From Eledone cirrhosa (lineage: Eukaryota), in NCBI GenBank assembly GCA_964016885.1, contig OZ024762.1, positions 7,378,001-7,442,000 of the forward strand: 64,000 bases of DNA, given 5' to 3'. How positions within the stretch are numbered: position 1 is the first letter of the stretch; every line of letters starts with the position of its first letter. The position numbers were made by a program, and so were the translations under genes. The notes beneath the pieces were generated by a model. That model was not told the origin of the DNA, ran no database searches, and saw only the letters and a program-made list of their open reading frames with translations. This document shows, piece after piece, positions 51,950-64,000 of the stretch.

Positions 51950-52280
51950 TATGGTTCGACTGAAAAGTTCATAGGCTGACTATGAAGGAGTGATGCTAGA
52001 GCTGTAAATCTTGCCAGCATCAATTCCAACTAGTTTTTAATAACTACATTGTTTCTTTCTGAGGACTATGTTGAAAATAAACCTCATTTGGTCATTCCAT
52101 GAGAGTATCTTGGTCAGCTTCCGAAGGAGTGACGCTAGAGCTGTGAAATCTTGCATGCATTAATTTCAACCCTTAATAACTGTATTGTCTTTCCAGGGAG
52201 GATGTTGAAAAATAAACCTTATTTGGTCATTCCATGAGAGTATCTTGGTCAGCCTATGAACTTTTCAGCCAGCCCTCGTA
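51950..52280. mobile_element. Mariner-derived MITE (related piece 50260-50350)
   Basis: Ends ..gactgaaaagttcataggctgac / gtcagcctatgaacttttcagccagccctcgta. Confidence 0.75.
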
Positions 52281-52549
52281 CATGCACTATAAAGCCTTTA
52301 TTTCATATTGATTTAATTAGCGTTAATTAGTGATAAATGAAAGCCCATAAATTAGTACAAGGGATCGAACAGCAAAAGAATGCGATTAATATCCATATAT
52401 GGTAAGATCATATTTATCTATTAAACAGGTCGTATGATATTAAATATTTTCACTAACAACTTTACAAAATCAATGTTAAAAACGTACATAAAATATATTT
52501 TTTGGAATTTATCGAGTCCTCTTCGGATTTTAGTCTTCACATTTATTAC

Positions 52550-52587
<38 letters not shown>

Positions 52588-52685
52588 CATACATACACAC
52601 AGGGTGATCCCAAAAAATGTATACACACTTTGATTACTTGTACAAGCAATATTTATTAGAATGGTGTATACATTCTTTTGGACAC

Positions 52686-53042
<357 letters not shown>

Positions 53043-53499
53043 CCATGAGACCTACATTTTCTGAATGTAGGGACCGGACACAGGTTGGGTGCTTTTAGCA
53101 GAGTCCACTCTGTCGCAACCATTTAGGGGTCAGATCAAAAGCTTGAGGACTCATTTTCCCCCCACCCCCTCCCTTCACACAAGTTTCGGAGGCACTGAAA
53201 AGGTTGGGTTTAAGATTGGCAGGTGGAACGATATTACTTTCGGGTGGGGGCCTTTGGTGTTGTGCTTCTATTAAAAAAATTTAGAGGTAGATGGGAGGGT
53301 GGCGCCAGGGAAATTTTAAGTGGGAGGAGGGCGATATTTATATGCCGCCTACTTGTCTCTTCAAACCACCTCCCTCAGGCAGACTCAATCCGTAACCCCT
53401 TTATTTGCCCTAGCCACGGATACTGCCCCCTCACATCCTAACTAAAAAGTAAAGAAAAGAAAAGAAAAAAAAAAAAAAAAACTTGAAGACCAATCAGTC

Positions 53500-53531
<32 letters not shown>

Positions 53532-54310
53532 AAAAATCTAAAACTTAAGATCGGGGTAGGGATGGGCTTGCATGAGATATTGGTGGGGGTGGGGAAGATT
53601 GCGTTTCAGTTATAGTAGTACTACTAGTAATAATTGTTTCTTGTTTCTACTTTTGGTACAAGGCCAGCAATTCTACCAGTACATTACTGGTACTTTATTT
53701 TATCGACCCCGTAAGGCTGAAAGGCAAAGTTAACCTCGGCGGGATTTGAACTCAGTCCGTAAAGGGTCGTAACTATGCTGCAAAGCATGGCGTCCGACCC
53801 TCTACCGATAATAGTAGTAGTAATAGTAGTAATAGTAATTACTACTACTACTACTAGTAATGGTAAAAGTAGCTGCAGCAGTTCCTAATTTAGGCACAAA
53901 GCCAATATTATTGTGAGGGAGGTGTTGGGGTTATATTGACCTTAGTATTTTACTGGTATTTTTTTTTATCGACCCCTTCTCTCCGGCCCTGAAAGGATGA
54001 AAGCCAAAATTGACCTGAACGGGATTAGAACTCTCAATGCTGAGCTGGACTCTTTAAAAAGAGTTGGAATGAAGCGATAACAATAAAGTATTATTTATCA
54101 TCAGCCATCACCAGATCCCAACATCTCAAGCAAATTAAAGTTCGTCTGTCGCCGATCAATTTATATATATAAATTTGAGCGACTTCCGTCCGTCACAATG
54201 TGTGTGTGTATGTGTATGTCTGTGTAAAAGGAAGGGGAAAGTGAAAAAAAACTAAAGCAAAACAGCGGCTGGCGTTCCATTTTCCACGCTGTGTGTGTAT
54301 TTGTGTGACA

Positions 54311-54471
54311 ACCGTATTTCCCGGCGTCGAAGACTACTTTTTTCCTAAAATAAGTCCCAAAAATCTACCATGCGTCCTGGAGGCCGAAGGTTGTTTTATT
54401 TATTTATTTTTTTTTTTTCAAATTTCTGGTTGTCAAAATGAGGTTGAGTCTTCAGCGCCGGGAAATAGGGT
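54311..54471. mobile_element. pogo/Tigger-like MITE
   Basis: TIRs accgtatttcccggcgtcgaagact ... agtcttcagcgccgggaaataggg. Confidence 0.65.
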
Positions 54472-55096
54472 TTGTCTGTGAGTGTGTTTTTTTTCTAAGT
54501 GTCTGTGTGTTTATATTTATATACTCATAAAATTCCTTATCGGTTATTAATAAAAATTAATTAATAAAAATTATTCACCCGGAATAATTTAAGGCTTTTT
54601 TTGTGTAAATAAAATCTGAATAGAGTGAGTTGACGGACCAGAGCCTCTTGGAGGAGGGTTTTTTTAAAAAGGGGGTGGATGGGACCCCTCTCAAAATCAA
54701 GGAAAGAGGTGGAGAAAGGGAAGGGGGTTTAGAAAGTTGTTTTTTTCGTGGGGTGGGGGCTCAGTTATTGGAGGGCCCCTCTTTAGCTCTGGGTCCATGG
54801 GAAACTTTAAAACTCTGTATTTAAATTATAATAGACAATCCTAGATTAATAATATATATATATATATATATATACATACATACACACACAAACATATATA
54901 CATACACAGTCTCCCAAAAATGTATACACATTTTGATTACCTGTACAGGAAATATTAGAATGCTGTTGAAGTGTGTATACATTTTTGGGGACACCACATG
55001 TGTATGTGTGCATATATATATATTTACCTCATCCGAGTGCTAAAGCTACAGACCGATTATGGCCGTATACTAAAGCTTCGTCAATGATGTACTAAA

Positions 55097-55130
<34 letters not shown>

Positions 55131-55132
55131 CA

Positions 55133-55198
55133 TCTGTCTGATGACCGATCCAGACGTATATTAATATTGTCTGGAATCCGGAAACCTTTGGTAATGGA
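55133..55198 (+). ncRNA. Type I hammerhead motif
   Basis: UCUGU-CUGAUGA-ccgaUCCAGAC..GUCUGGAauccg-GAAA-CC uuu GG-UA-AUGGA; related degenerate copies at 20021-20086 and 57590-57650. Confidence 0.7.
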
Positions 55199-55219
55199 AT
55201 AGTTATATTTTGTGTTCAC

Positions 55220-55258
<39 letters not shown>

Positions 55259-55493
55259 TATAAATATATATATATATAAAATATAAGAGAATTTAAATAC
55301 GGTGGGAGGTTAGTTAGCTCGTTTCTATTTTTCATATTCATACAAATATCTCAATCCCAAGTATATTTGGCGTATCGTGTGAGTATTACTGTAATTTAAA
55401 CAGTGATTAAAAGTTTTGTTTTAATGGGATGGTAGTTTTGTCCGACAGGAGGGTCTTTTGTTGCTTTTTTCTTTGGCCGTTCTGTTTGATGGA

Positions 55494-56999
55494 TTAATTT
55501 TCTAGATCAGAGAAAGAAAAATTGAACCAGGGGTGTAGCAAAACTTGTGTTATACCAGGCCGGCGAAAGAAATCACGAATTAACAAGTATTCTATAAAAT
55601 CTCGGCTAGATTTTGTGCCGCTCCATTCTTTTAAAGGCCAGTAGTTTACACGAGAGATACACGAATCGGGAAATAAATGGTGACGCTTAAATAAATAATA
55701 AGAAATTATACCCACGGTCCAAATATCCGGTTTAAGAGGATCGAAGCTTCGTGTTTGGAAAAGTTCCGGGGCTGCGTATATATACGAATTAAAAGGGTAA
55801 TTCATATATCTACCAGGTTCGACATAACAAGAAGATCCCATACCAGCTACTTTTATTTTACCATTTTTATCAACTAGAATATTCTCCAGAGTTAAGTTCC
55901 TGTGGGCAATGTTGTGAGAATGAAGAAATGATACACCTTTGCAAATGTCCTCAACCATTGATATGCAGTCAAATTCATCGATATCTTCATTTCGATTTAA
56001 ATAATCCCAAAGGGAACCGTTTTCCTGGAGTTGTGATACCATATAGATGGTGTCGTTCAAACGGAAAGCTCCTAACAGTGGGAGTATGTAATCACTAACT
56101 GTGTCTTCGTTGGTCATCTGTAATAATATTTCAGTGTCGACTGAATGACAAATGATGTTTTTATAACGATGGAGACACGCTGCTTTTATGCACAAAACAT
56201 TTCTGCTGTGGCGATCAACGACTTTGAAAATTCGTGTAAAAGATCCAGTCCATGTTTCACCGGTAAGAGTACACGATAAACTGTTTAATGTATCCGTTAG
56301 TAGGACATAATCAATGCAACCATCTGTTGTACATTCATGACAACTGTGACTAATTTTCGTGGGTAATTCGACCACTGGTAGAGTTTTCAGTTTAGTTTTT
56401 ATTGTATTAGCATACAAAGATGTCTGAATGCTTGTTGTACCAAATGCGACTTCGTTACAACATTGAAAATCATCTGGGTTAGCGAACAGCTTAGAACACT
56501 CTGAGCCACCACAACAGATGTTGTCATGTTCTACATAAGATTCTGCGATTATTAGCAAAGTAGGAATAGGACAAGGTATTATTATTTCTTGCTCCGTATA
56601 ATCGTTGTCAAATGGATGAGACTCAGTTGGACATTGGGTACAGCGAAAAAACACCCAGTGGTTTATATATGTATGCTTTCCACATGTAAAGAGATAGGAA
56701 TTGCTCGAAATTTCAAAGCCGCGATGACACAAGAGGGTACAACGAACACACGGTACATATATCAGGTGGCCTTTCTCATTGAACGATCCGGGCATCATTG
56801 CTATAGCCATCGCATCGTTTGACAAAAGGTTCGTGAGAGCTTTATATTTCGGGTAAACATATTCAACGGAATCACCACAGTATTCGGTTCTTATCTGGTT
56901 GTTTTTATTATCGTTGTCATCATTTAAGGACGACTTAGCGCTGGGATATTTGTTGCCGTCAAATTCTGTTGTAATTTCACTGTGAATAACTTGCGACAT
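55494..56999 (-). CDS. Intronless Ser/Thr kinase-fold protein (CAMK/TSSK-like, probable pseudokinase) with Cys/His-rich N-terminus, 501 aa
   Basis: 1506-nt non-repetitive ORF. Kinase subdomains LCIK, TEI, ENGSLWDYL, FLHSHNIAHRNLTLENILVD, KVAGMG, YAAPE, DIWTVGII, RRPGITQVLLHPWF. Confidence 0.85.
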   Translation of the reverse strand: MSQVIHSEITTEFDGNKYPSAKSSLNDDNDNKNNQIRTEYCGDSVEYVYPKYKALTNLLSNDAMAIAMMPGSFNEKGHLIYVPCVRCTLLCHRGFEISSNSYLFTCGKHTYINHWVFFRCTQCPTESHPFDNDYTEQEIIIPCPIPTLLIIAESYVEHDNICCGGSECSKLFANPDDFQCCNEVAFGTTSIQTSLYANTIKTKLKTLPVVELPTKISHSCHECTTDGCIDYVLLTDTLNSLSCTLTGETWTGSFTRIFKVVDRHSRNVLCIKAACLHRYKNIICHSVDTEILLQMTNEDTVSDYILPLLGAFRLNDTIYMVSQLQENGSLWDYLNRNEDIDEFDCISMVEDICKGVSFLHSHNIAHRNLTLENILVDKNGKIKVAGMGSSCYVEPGRYMNYPFNSYIYAAPELFQTRSFDPLKPDIWTVGIISYYLFKRHHLFPDSCISRVNYWPLKEWSGTKSSRDFIEYLLIRDFFRRPGITQVLLHPWFNFSFSDLEN

Positions 57000-57011
57000 A
57001 TTTCAGGTATA

Positions 57012-57049
<38 letters not shown>

Positions 57050-58013
57050 GTAGCACTTATAATAGACTAGGTGTAGGTGAAATAGTAAACCGAGAAAAAT
57101 GACAAACCTACAATAGATATTCAGCTGAAGTAATAAAGATATCAAAAAAATATATTTTCCTCGTAAAGAAACTTAACCGCATTAAAAGAAAAAAAAATCT
57201 CTTGCGGTTTTTTCGGTTAATTCTCAGCTGAATACAACTACAAAAGAACCACTCTTCTTTTATTTATAAAAGGTATTGGACGAGTTCATTTAAATGTGAC
57301 GCTGCTTTTTTCTATCTTCTAAACAACTTCAGTGTTCACATGGATTTGCTTAGCCAAAATAAATCTGTCGAGTTAAATTCAAGTAAGAAGTAATTAGTTC
57401 GTTCTAAACTAAAGGCAGCGACCCCTCATTCCGAATTTATATATTCCAATCCAATCCCGGGTCTCCTCACAGCATTCTGATTAGTTTTGGCCATGTCATG
57501 TGTATAGCCGTACTGACCGCACATGGCCAATTGTAGGTTGGTGAGGCTATTTAACCTATATATATATATTAGAAAGACGCATATTATATTATCGTCTGTG
57601 ATCCAGAAACCTTTAGTAATGGAGTAGTTATATTTTGTGTTGTTCACTTTCTAATTAAATAGCTCTGTTCTATACATAGAGCACTCTTTTTTCCTTCGGA
57701 ATTACCTAACACACACACACACATATATATATGAAAAACAAGATGGTGTAGGACAGAAGAAAGGAGAGACACAAAATAAGAAACCAGTTACTGAGGAGGT
57801 CACAGAATATGACGAAAGAACTTTGACTGGTTATTGAATCAACTAACCGGACATTTATAATATATTGAAATGAAAACCAGGTGTAGTAAGATACCAGGTG
57901 GACCATAACGCACCAGAGTACTCGATACTTAGGATAGTAGAGTGGGTAATAGGAAACTTAGTTCGGAATTAGCTGTCGAAACGGCGGGAGCTAAGCCGTC
58001 GGGGTCTTGATTC

Positions 58014-58117
<104 letters not shown>

Positions 58118-58263
58118 GAGTCAGAACCCCGACGGCAGAGCTCAAGCTGTTTCGACAGCTAGTTCCGAACTAAATAAAAAAAAAAAAAAAATGTTATTTA
58201 GTCCAGAAATAGCTGTACTCTGGTGCGTTATGGTCCACCTGGTTCCTTACCACACTTCCTTCG

Positions 58264-58315
<52 letters not shown>

Positions 58316-58769
58316 CGAAGATAAGTGAAATTAAATTTCGTTTGTGTAGATCAATCAGGTGGGCATACAAAATAAATATGGAAGACTGCTTACCAAATAT
58401 TTTTCTCTCGTCTTGTTCCTTGCAAGGCGTATGGTAATTTATCCAGTTTTCTAAGGAGAAGGATATATATATCCAATCCAAATCAGGACCTTCTCTCTCC
58501 TGTTGGAGGAGACCTCAACCCCAGTTGTCCTTCAATGTTTTCTGTTTAGTTTTAGTTCATGTCAGGGAGTGTAGTCGTACCCACCACACTTGGCCAACTG
58601 CAGGTTAGTGAGGCTATTTAATCCTTAGTTGGGGTGGGTGGCTGTTGATTCTGAGGAGTTCATCCGCCCTTTTAACAGTTATTGTGGGGGTGTTCTTTTT
58701 GTGCGGCTGGGGTTCCACTTACCCTCTTCACAAGACCAAGGTCTGTTGGGGTAGCCTGTTTAGTCTCCG

Positions 58770-59190
58770 TCCACTCGACCATGAAGCAGGTTGTACTGGG
58801 TTACATGCTACCAGTAGCAGGCAGAAGCCTGAGCTGTTTTAGTTGTTGATCACTCGACCATGAAGCAGGTTGTACTGGGTTACATGCTACCAGTAGCAGG
58901 CAGAAGCCTGACCTGGGTCTGGGGAAGGAGCTGGGTTTAGTTGTTGACCACTCGACCATGAAGCAGGTTGTACTGGGTTACATGCTACCAGTAGCAGGCA
59001 GAAGCCTGAGCTGTTTTAGTTGTTGATCACTCGACCATGAAGCAGGTTGTACTGGGTTACATGCTACCAGTAGCAGGCAGAAACCTGACCTGGGTCTGGG
59101 GGCTGAGCTGTTTTAGTTGTTGATCACTCGACTATGAAGCAGGTTGTACTGGGTTACATGCTACCAGTAGCAGGCAGAAGCCTGACCTGA
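58770..59190. repeat. Minisatellite with ~60-bp core and variable linker
   Basis: cactcgaccatgaagcaggttgtactgggttacatgctaccagtagcaggcagaagcctga repeated 5 times. Confidence 0.92.
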
Positions 59191-59269
59191 CCAAATTTAT
59201 AAGAGGGAGGTTAGGTAAAAATATGCTTTCACGTCATTCATACTTTCTAGGAACCCTTGACTGGCCCCA

Positions 59270-59502
59270 AAACGTGCCACTGGGCATTTAGTGGCCCAGG
59301 TTAAGTCCTACATCGTGCTCCTCGATAATTACCGACCTAGGTTAGCTCTACAATGCGTGTCTTGGCATTTAACGCCCTACAACGTGCTCCTGGGTAATTA
59401 CTGCCATAGGTTAGCCCTACAATGTGCCTCTGGGTAAATACCGTCCTAGGTTAGCCCTACAACGTGCCCCTGGGTAAATACCGTCCTAGGTTAGCCCTAC
59501 AA
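59270..59502. repeat. ~40-bp minisatellite
   Basis: ctaggttagccctacaacgtgcccctgggtaaataccgtc, ~6 diverged copies. Confidence 0.85.
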
Positions 59503-60166
59503 CCGGAACTCCATTCTCCCAAATAAAATAGCAACTTACAGTTTAGTAAGCTGATAAACTTAGTCTTTTTTGTTTTTGTTTTTGCACTTCTTGCTCTGAC
59601 CACGCTAAGAAAATCAGGAAGCCAGCATTTTCTACTACACAGTCCACACTCAACCGTGCTAAATCATGTTTTCAGATCATAACACCATACAGCTCTCTCC
59701 ACCCCACCTCGTGGTAAAGATGTTTAGTGGTTTATGTACTTATCGTAGGAAATTAATTAATAATATACTTAATTTAATTATAAAACTGTGGTCTTTTAAG
59801 ATTTAATAATACGTCTGTCTGAGGTCTGCGCCCTCCCTAGGCAACTGTGAAGTTGACCTTAATGGTAGCATATACTTTTGAAGTAGAATAAATTCACTCA
59901 TTCCGTCAATCAATGAAAAAAAATAAATGTCATACACACAACGAAAGTAAAAACAAAAACAAAAAAAAAGGTCGAACGTCATTAAAATACAAGGGCAAAT
60001 AACTCTATTATTTTTCTTTTCCTGTCATAGGAACTCTTTTGTATTAGGAGTTAAAAATAGAGTGGTAGAAGGAAAGATAATGTAAATATTTATGTCGGAG
60101 TTTCCATTAAACTGATTCTATTTTCTCTTTTTCTGTGTGTCCGTGTTTTGTGATCAAGCTGAAGAT

Positions 60167-63100
60167 ATGGCCGCAGTTGTATCTGTTCAGTTAGAATCGG
60201 CCGCCTACCTGGTCTGTCTAACACATGCTTTATCTACCGAGAGAGAAGAAGTCATGGGTCTCTTACTTGGCGAGGTATATACTTTTGTAAAGATATATAT
60301 ATATTTATATTCACACACACATATATTCATACGTTCATTTACACACACACACATATATTCATACGTTCATTTACACACACATATATATATTTATTAAATA
60401 ACAGATTAAAGTTTGGATTTTAGTCTTCAAATTTATTATTATTACTATATATATATATCATCATCGTTTAATGTCCATCTTCCACGCTAACATGGGTTAG
60501 ACGGTTTTGTTATATGGTCGGGAGATCATGTCTCGCTCGTTCGGAAGTGTCTCCGGCAGGATGCCCTTCCTAACACCAACCACCTTTACTGTGTGGACTG
60601 GGAGCCTTTATATATATATACGATTCTGAGAAACATGATCATCATACATATTAAATATGTATCGATACCCTAACATAGTATATATATATATCAGACCTAT
60701 CAACTCTCCCATCCACTCTGGGGTGGGTGAGAACTGTCTTCTCTTGTGAAAATGGGTATAGCTTTCATTATGTAAAATCTCCCCATTTTGCCCTGTTTGG
60801 GCTTTTAGAGGTTGGCAGGTCTGATATCTATCTATCTATATATATATATATTTAATATAGAAATGGCTTTTACAGGACTAGAACTGTTTCATTCGGAGGA
60901 AATCATCAGGAAAGCCCTGAGGATTTCCTCCAAATGAAACAGTTCTAGTCCTGTAGAAGCCATTTCTATATTAAATATTTATACTCTGCTATGTATTGAG
61001 TACCTTACTGTGGTTACCCCCGATTGAACCTGGGATAAACATATATATATATATTAATAAGTATGGACGAGGTGTCAAATTTTCATAACATTTATTCAGG
61101 TGTGACTCGCGATTGATCAGCTGATGATTATATATCTATCTATCTATATATATATATATATTACCTATTATTATTATTACTATTTTGAATGTTTTTCTTG
61201 TGTTATATTTAGATTGATGAGAAGAAAGTTGCACATATATCGGCGGTGATAATGTTGAGAAGATCTGACAAACAAGCGGACCGTGTGGAGATTTCTCCTG
61301 AACAACTGTCAGCTGCTTCTATCAAAGCAGAGGTTTGTTTAGCAGTTTTACTATTTATCATCATTACCATCACCGTCACCAACATTATCACCATCACCAT
61401 TGTCATCATCCTCACCACCCCCAATTTATAAATTTCCTCTTCTTCATTGCCCACTTATTCCTGAGGGTCGTAGGGCAGAGTCCTCAAACACTCCTTCCAG
61501 CAGATCATATCAGAAGCAGCCATCTCCAAGCGATACCAGCCAAGCTCATGGATATAATTCAACCATCTTGCTCAGGGTCTACCCCTGGGTTTCCTGCCGG
61601 TTGGTTTTGCCAGTAAAATCTATCTAGTGATTCTTTCCTGAGACATTCTAACCACATGTCCATAGTACCAGAGCTGTGATCTCTCAATTCAGTGAAGTAG
61701 CAGCTCTACCTGGAGTGACTCTCTAATCTCTGACTACAAATATGTCCAGTGATTCTTTCCGGGACATTCTAACCACATGTCCATAGTACCAGAGCTGTGA
61801 TCTCTCAATTCAGTGAAGTAGCAGCTCTACCTGGAGTGACTCTCTAATCTCTGACTACAAATATGTCCAGTGATTCTTTCCGGGACATTCTAACCACATG
61901 TCCATAGTACCAGAGCTGTGATCTCTCAATTCAGTGAAGTAGCAGCTCTACCTGGAGTGACTCTCTGATCTCCAAGCTTCAAATCTGTCCAGTGATTCTT
62001 TCCGGGACATTCTAACCACATGTCCATAGTACCAGAGCTGTGATCTCTCAATTCAGTGAAGTAGCAGCTCTACCTGGAGTGACTCTCTAATCTCTGACTA
62101 CAAATATGTCCAGTGATTCTTTCCGGGACATTCTAACCACATGTCCATAGTACCAGAGCTGTGATCTCTCAATTCAGTGAAGTAGCAGCTCTACCTGGAG
62201 TGACTCTCTGATCTCCAAGCTTCAAATCTGTCCAGTGATTCTTTCCTGAGACATTCTAACCACATGTCCATAGTATCAGAGCTGTGGTCTCTTAATTTGG
62301 AGAAATAGCAACTGTATTACCTGGAGTGACTCTGATCTCCAAGTTATGCACTTTATATAGATTTATTTATCAAAATAAAAACAAGAACATTTATAAAATA
62401 TGGAATTACCAAATATTCTCCTAGTTTTTATTATTTTTATGTTTCAATTTTTAACCTCAATAAATTTTCAGGAATTAGCCATAGAACTTAAACAGCCCTT
62501 GCGTGTCCTTGGTTGGTACCATTCGCATCCACATATCACAGTCTGGCCATCTCATGTCGGTAAGCTTTCTTTAACCATTTAGCATTTAAACTGGCCATAT
62601 CCGGCCAGAATTCTCTCACCCCTTTCTGTTCAAACTGGCTGTAACCGGCCACTCATCTAACCTTAAAGTATTGTTCTCAATATAAATAATATTAAAATCT
62701 CATAGATTCGATATTATGTGAGGTAAAGCCTTTACCGTGGAAATACAATAGTAAATATAGAATGTAAATGTTATGTGAGGTAAAGCCTTTACCATGAAAA
62801 TATAATAGTAAATATAGATTAATGTAAATACTAAAGGGTTAAACATAGCATTACACCTTTTTACAGTGTCTATAATTCTAAGTTTAACCCTTTTGATACC
62901 AAAACATCCCAAACCACTCCTAATTCCACAATATAAAGCTGTTTATATTAATCTAGAAATTTTCCAACATAATTTCATGTAAGGATCTTTGTTAAGTTAT
63001 GTTCCAAACATGGCTTGTTTCTATGTTATCATGTGTGGGCTATAATTACAACATGATCAAGATAGATTTTATCTTGCCACAATTGAGTTTCTGTTTCATA

Positions 63101-63216
63101 TTCTGTCAATTATATTTCATTCTCAAGATGTCCAAACCCAAGCCATGTACCAGATGATGGAACCTGGGTTTATTGGTCTCATCTTCTCAGTCTTTAATGA
63201 AGATAAAAACTCAAAG
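60167..63216 (+). CDS. BRCC3: Lys-63-specific deubiquitinase BRCC36 (MPN+/JAMM), first four exons; continues beyond the window
   Basis: Exons 60167-60274, 61213-61332, 62472-62559, 63128-63216 (GT-AG, phases 0/0/1/0). HALSTEREEVMGLLLGE, DRVEISPEQLSAAS, VLGWYHSHPHITVWPSHVDVQTQAMYQMM. Confidence 0.95.
61560..62345 (-). repeat. 121-bp tandem array (~6 copies) amplified from an RTE-LINE C-terminal fragment
   Basis: Period 61746->61867; minus translation IRESLQVELLLH*IERSQLWYYGHVVRM resembles the RTE ..RQLRWxGHVxRM motif. Confidence 0.8.
62571..62842 (-). mobile_element. piggyBac-type MITE, nearly unexpanded copy, 12 bp into BRCC3 intron 3
   Basis: ttaaccatttagcattt ... aaatactaaagggttaa. Confidence 0.8.
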
Positions 63217-64000
63217 GTAAGATATCTGAAGTTTGTCTCGATCTATATATATCATCATCATTTTACGTCCGATTTTCTCTGCTTGCAAGGGTATTCTGAT
63301 GAAGGACTAGCATCTGAAACATTAAGATTCTTCTCCTACTATATCAAGTGTAAAACTAATAATATATTTCTTCATTGTTCTGCTTTATTTCTGTTTGCCT
63401 TTTGCATACATATGTAAATAAAAATACATATATTTCTGTGTGTATATATATATATATATAATGTGACTGTGTGTATAAATATATATATATATAATGTGAT
63501 TATATATGTATGTCTGTGTGTGTGTATAAATATAAGGCCTCCATGCTTCCCGAGATCCGCTAACACATACACACATGTACTTCCCTGACATTTGTGTATT
63601 ATTCTATGTACTATATTGATGAGTTGTAGTGCACCTGAGCACTTTACACAATAATTTCATTATTCATATAATGTGACTGTGTATGTATGCGTGTCTATAT
63701 ATATATATAGTTTGACTGCCATGTAAGTTTCAACTGATTGTAAAACTGACTTGTACTTTGTTCTCTGTGTCAGTGACCCACTTCAGTTTGTCTCATAGAA
63801 AGCACTGGCTCATGAGGATACACATACCTATACAGATACATACTTATATATATATATCATCATCATCACCACCATTTAATGTCCATTTTTTTCCTTTCTA
63901 TCATGGGTTAGACGTGTTGTCCTGTTTGAGGCATGTTGTGTTCGGTGACTATCTTGCTCATATTGGACTGTGTCTGGCTTGGTTTCTATGGCTGGATGCT

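Noticed and set aside
53045-53600. Homopolymer-rich GC segment after the long (GT)n (also 54600-54830)
   Set aside because: No ORF or structure; looks like degraded repeat or low-quality consensus next to a long microsatellite.
63294-63332. CTGATGA-agg..tct-GAAACATT in a BRCC3 intron (similar partial cores at 18490-18540, 19285-19320, 19845-19875)
   Set aside because: Stem III, cleavage site or the CUGANGA box cannot be formed convincingly; at most decayed relics.

Overview
AT-rich, microsatellite-dense eukaryotic genomic DNA, most likely an octopod cephalopod (inferred from (TA)n abundance and SINE types). Five protein-coding loci can be read: AMN1-like LRR protein (7 coding exons, minus), SMUG1 uracil-DNA glycosylase (3 exons, minus), intronless PGRMC/MAPR (minus), an intronless Cys-rich CAMK/TSSK-like pseudokinase (minus), and the first 4 exons of BRCC3/BRCC36 (plus). 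The rest is SINEs, RTE-LINE and mariner fossils, piggyBac-type and Tc1/mariner MITEs and minisatellites. Two features are not explained by these. (1) About 20 short, often palindromic inserts in (TA)n tracts, from several unrelated families, fold into type I hammerhead ribozymes of Penelope-like pLTR/retrozyme type. They show covarying stems, palindromic stem-III loops, one family-wide variant core (CAGAAGA) and one family present only as half-ribozymes. (2) An ~11-kb inverted duplication (4.1-15.2 kb) carries repeated GC-rich promoter-like/first-exon units and hairpins pointing at each other, centred on a 2.55-kb alternating purine-pyrimidine satellite flanked by a 26-bp direct repeat. All folds and alignments were done by eye.
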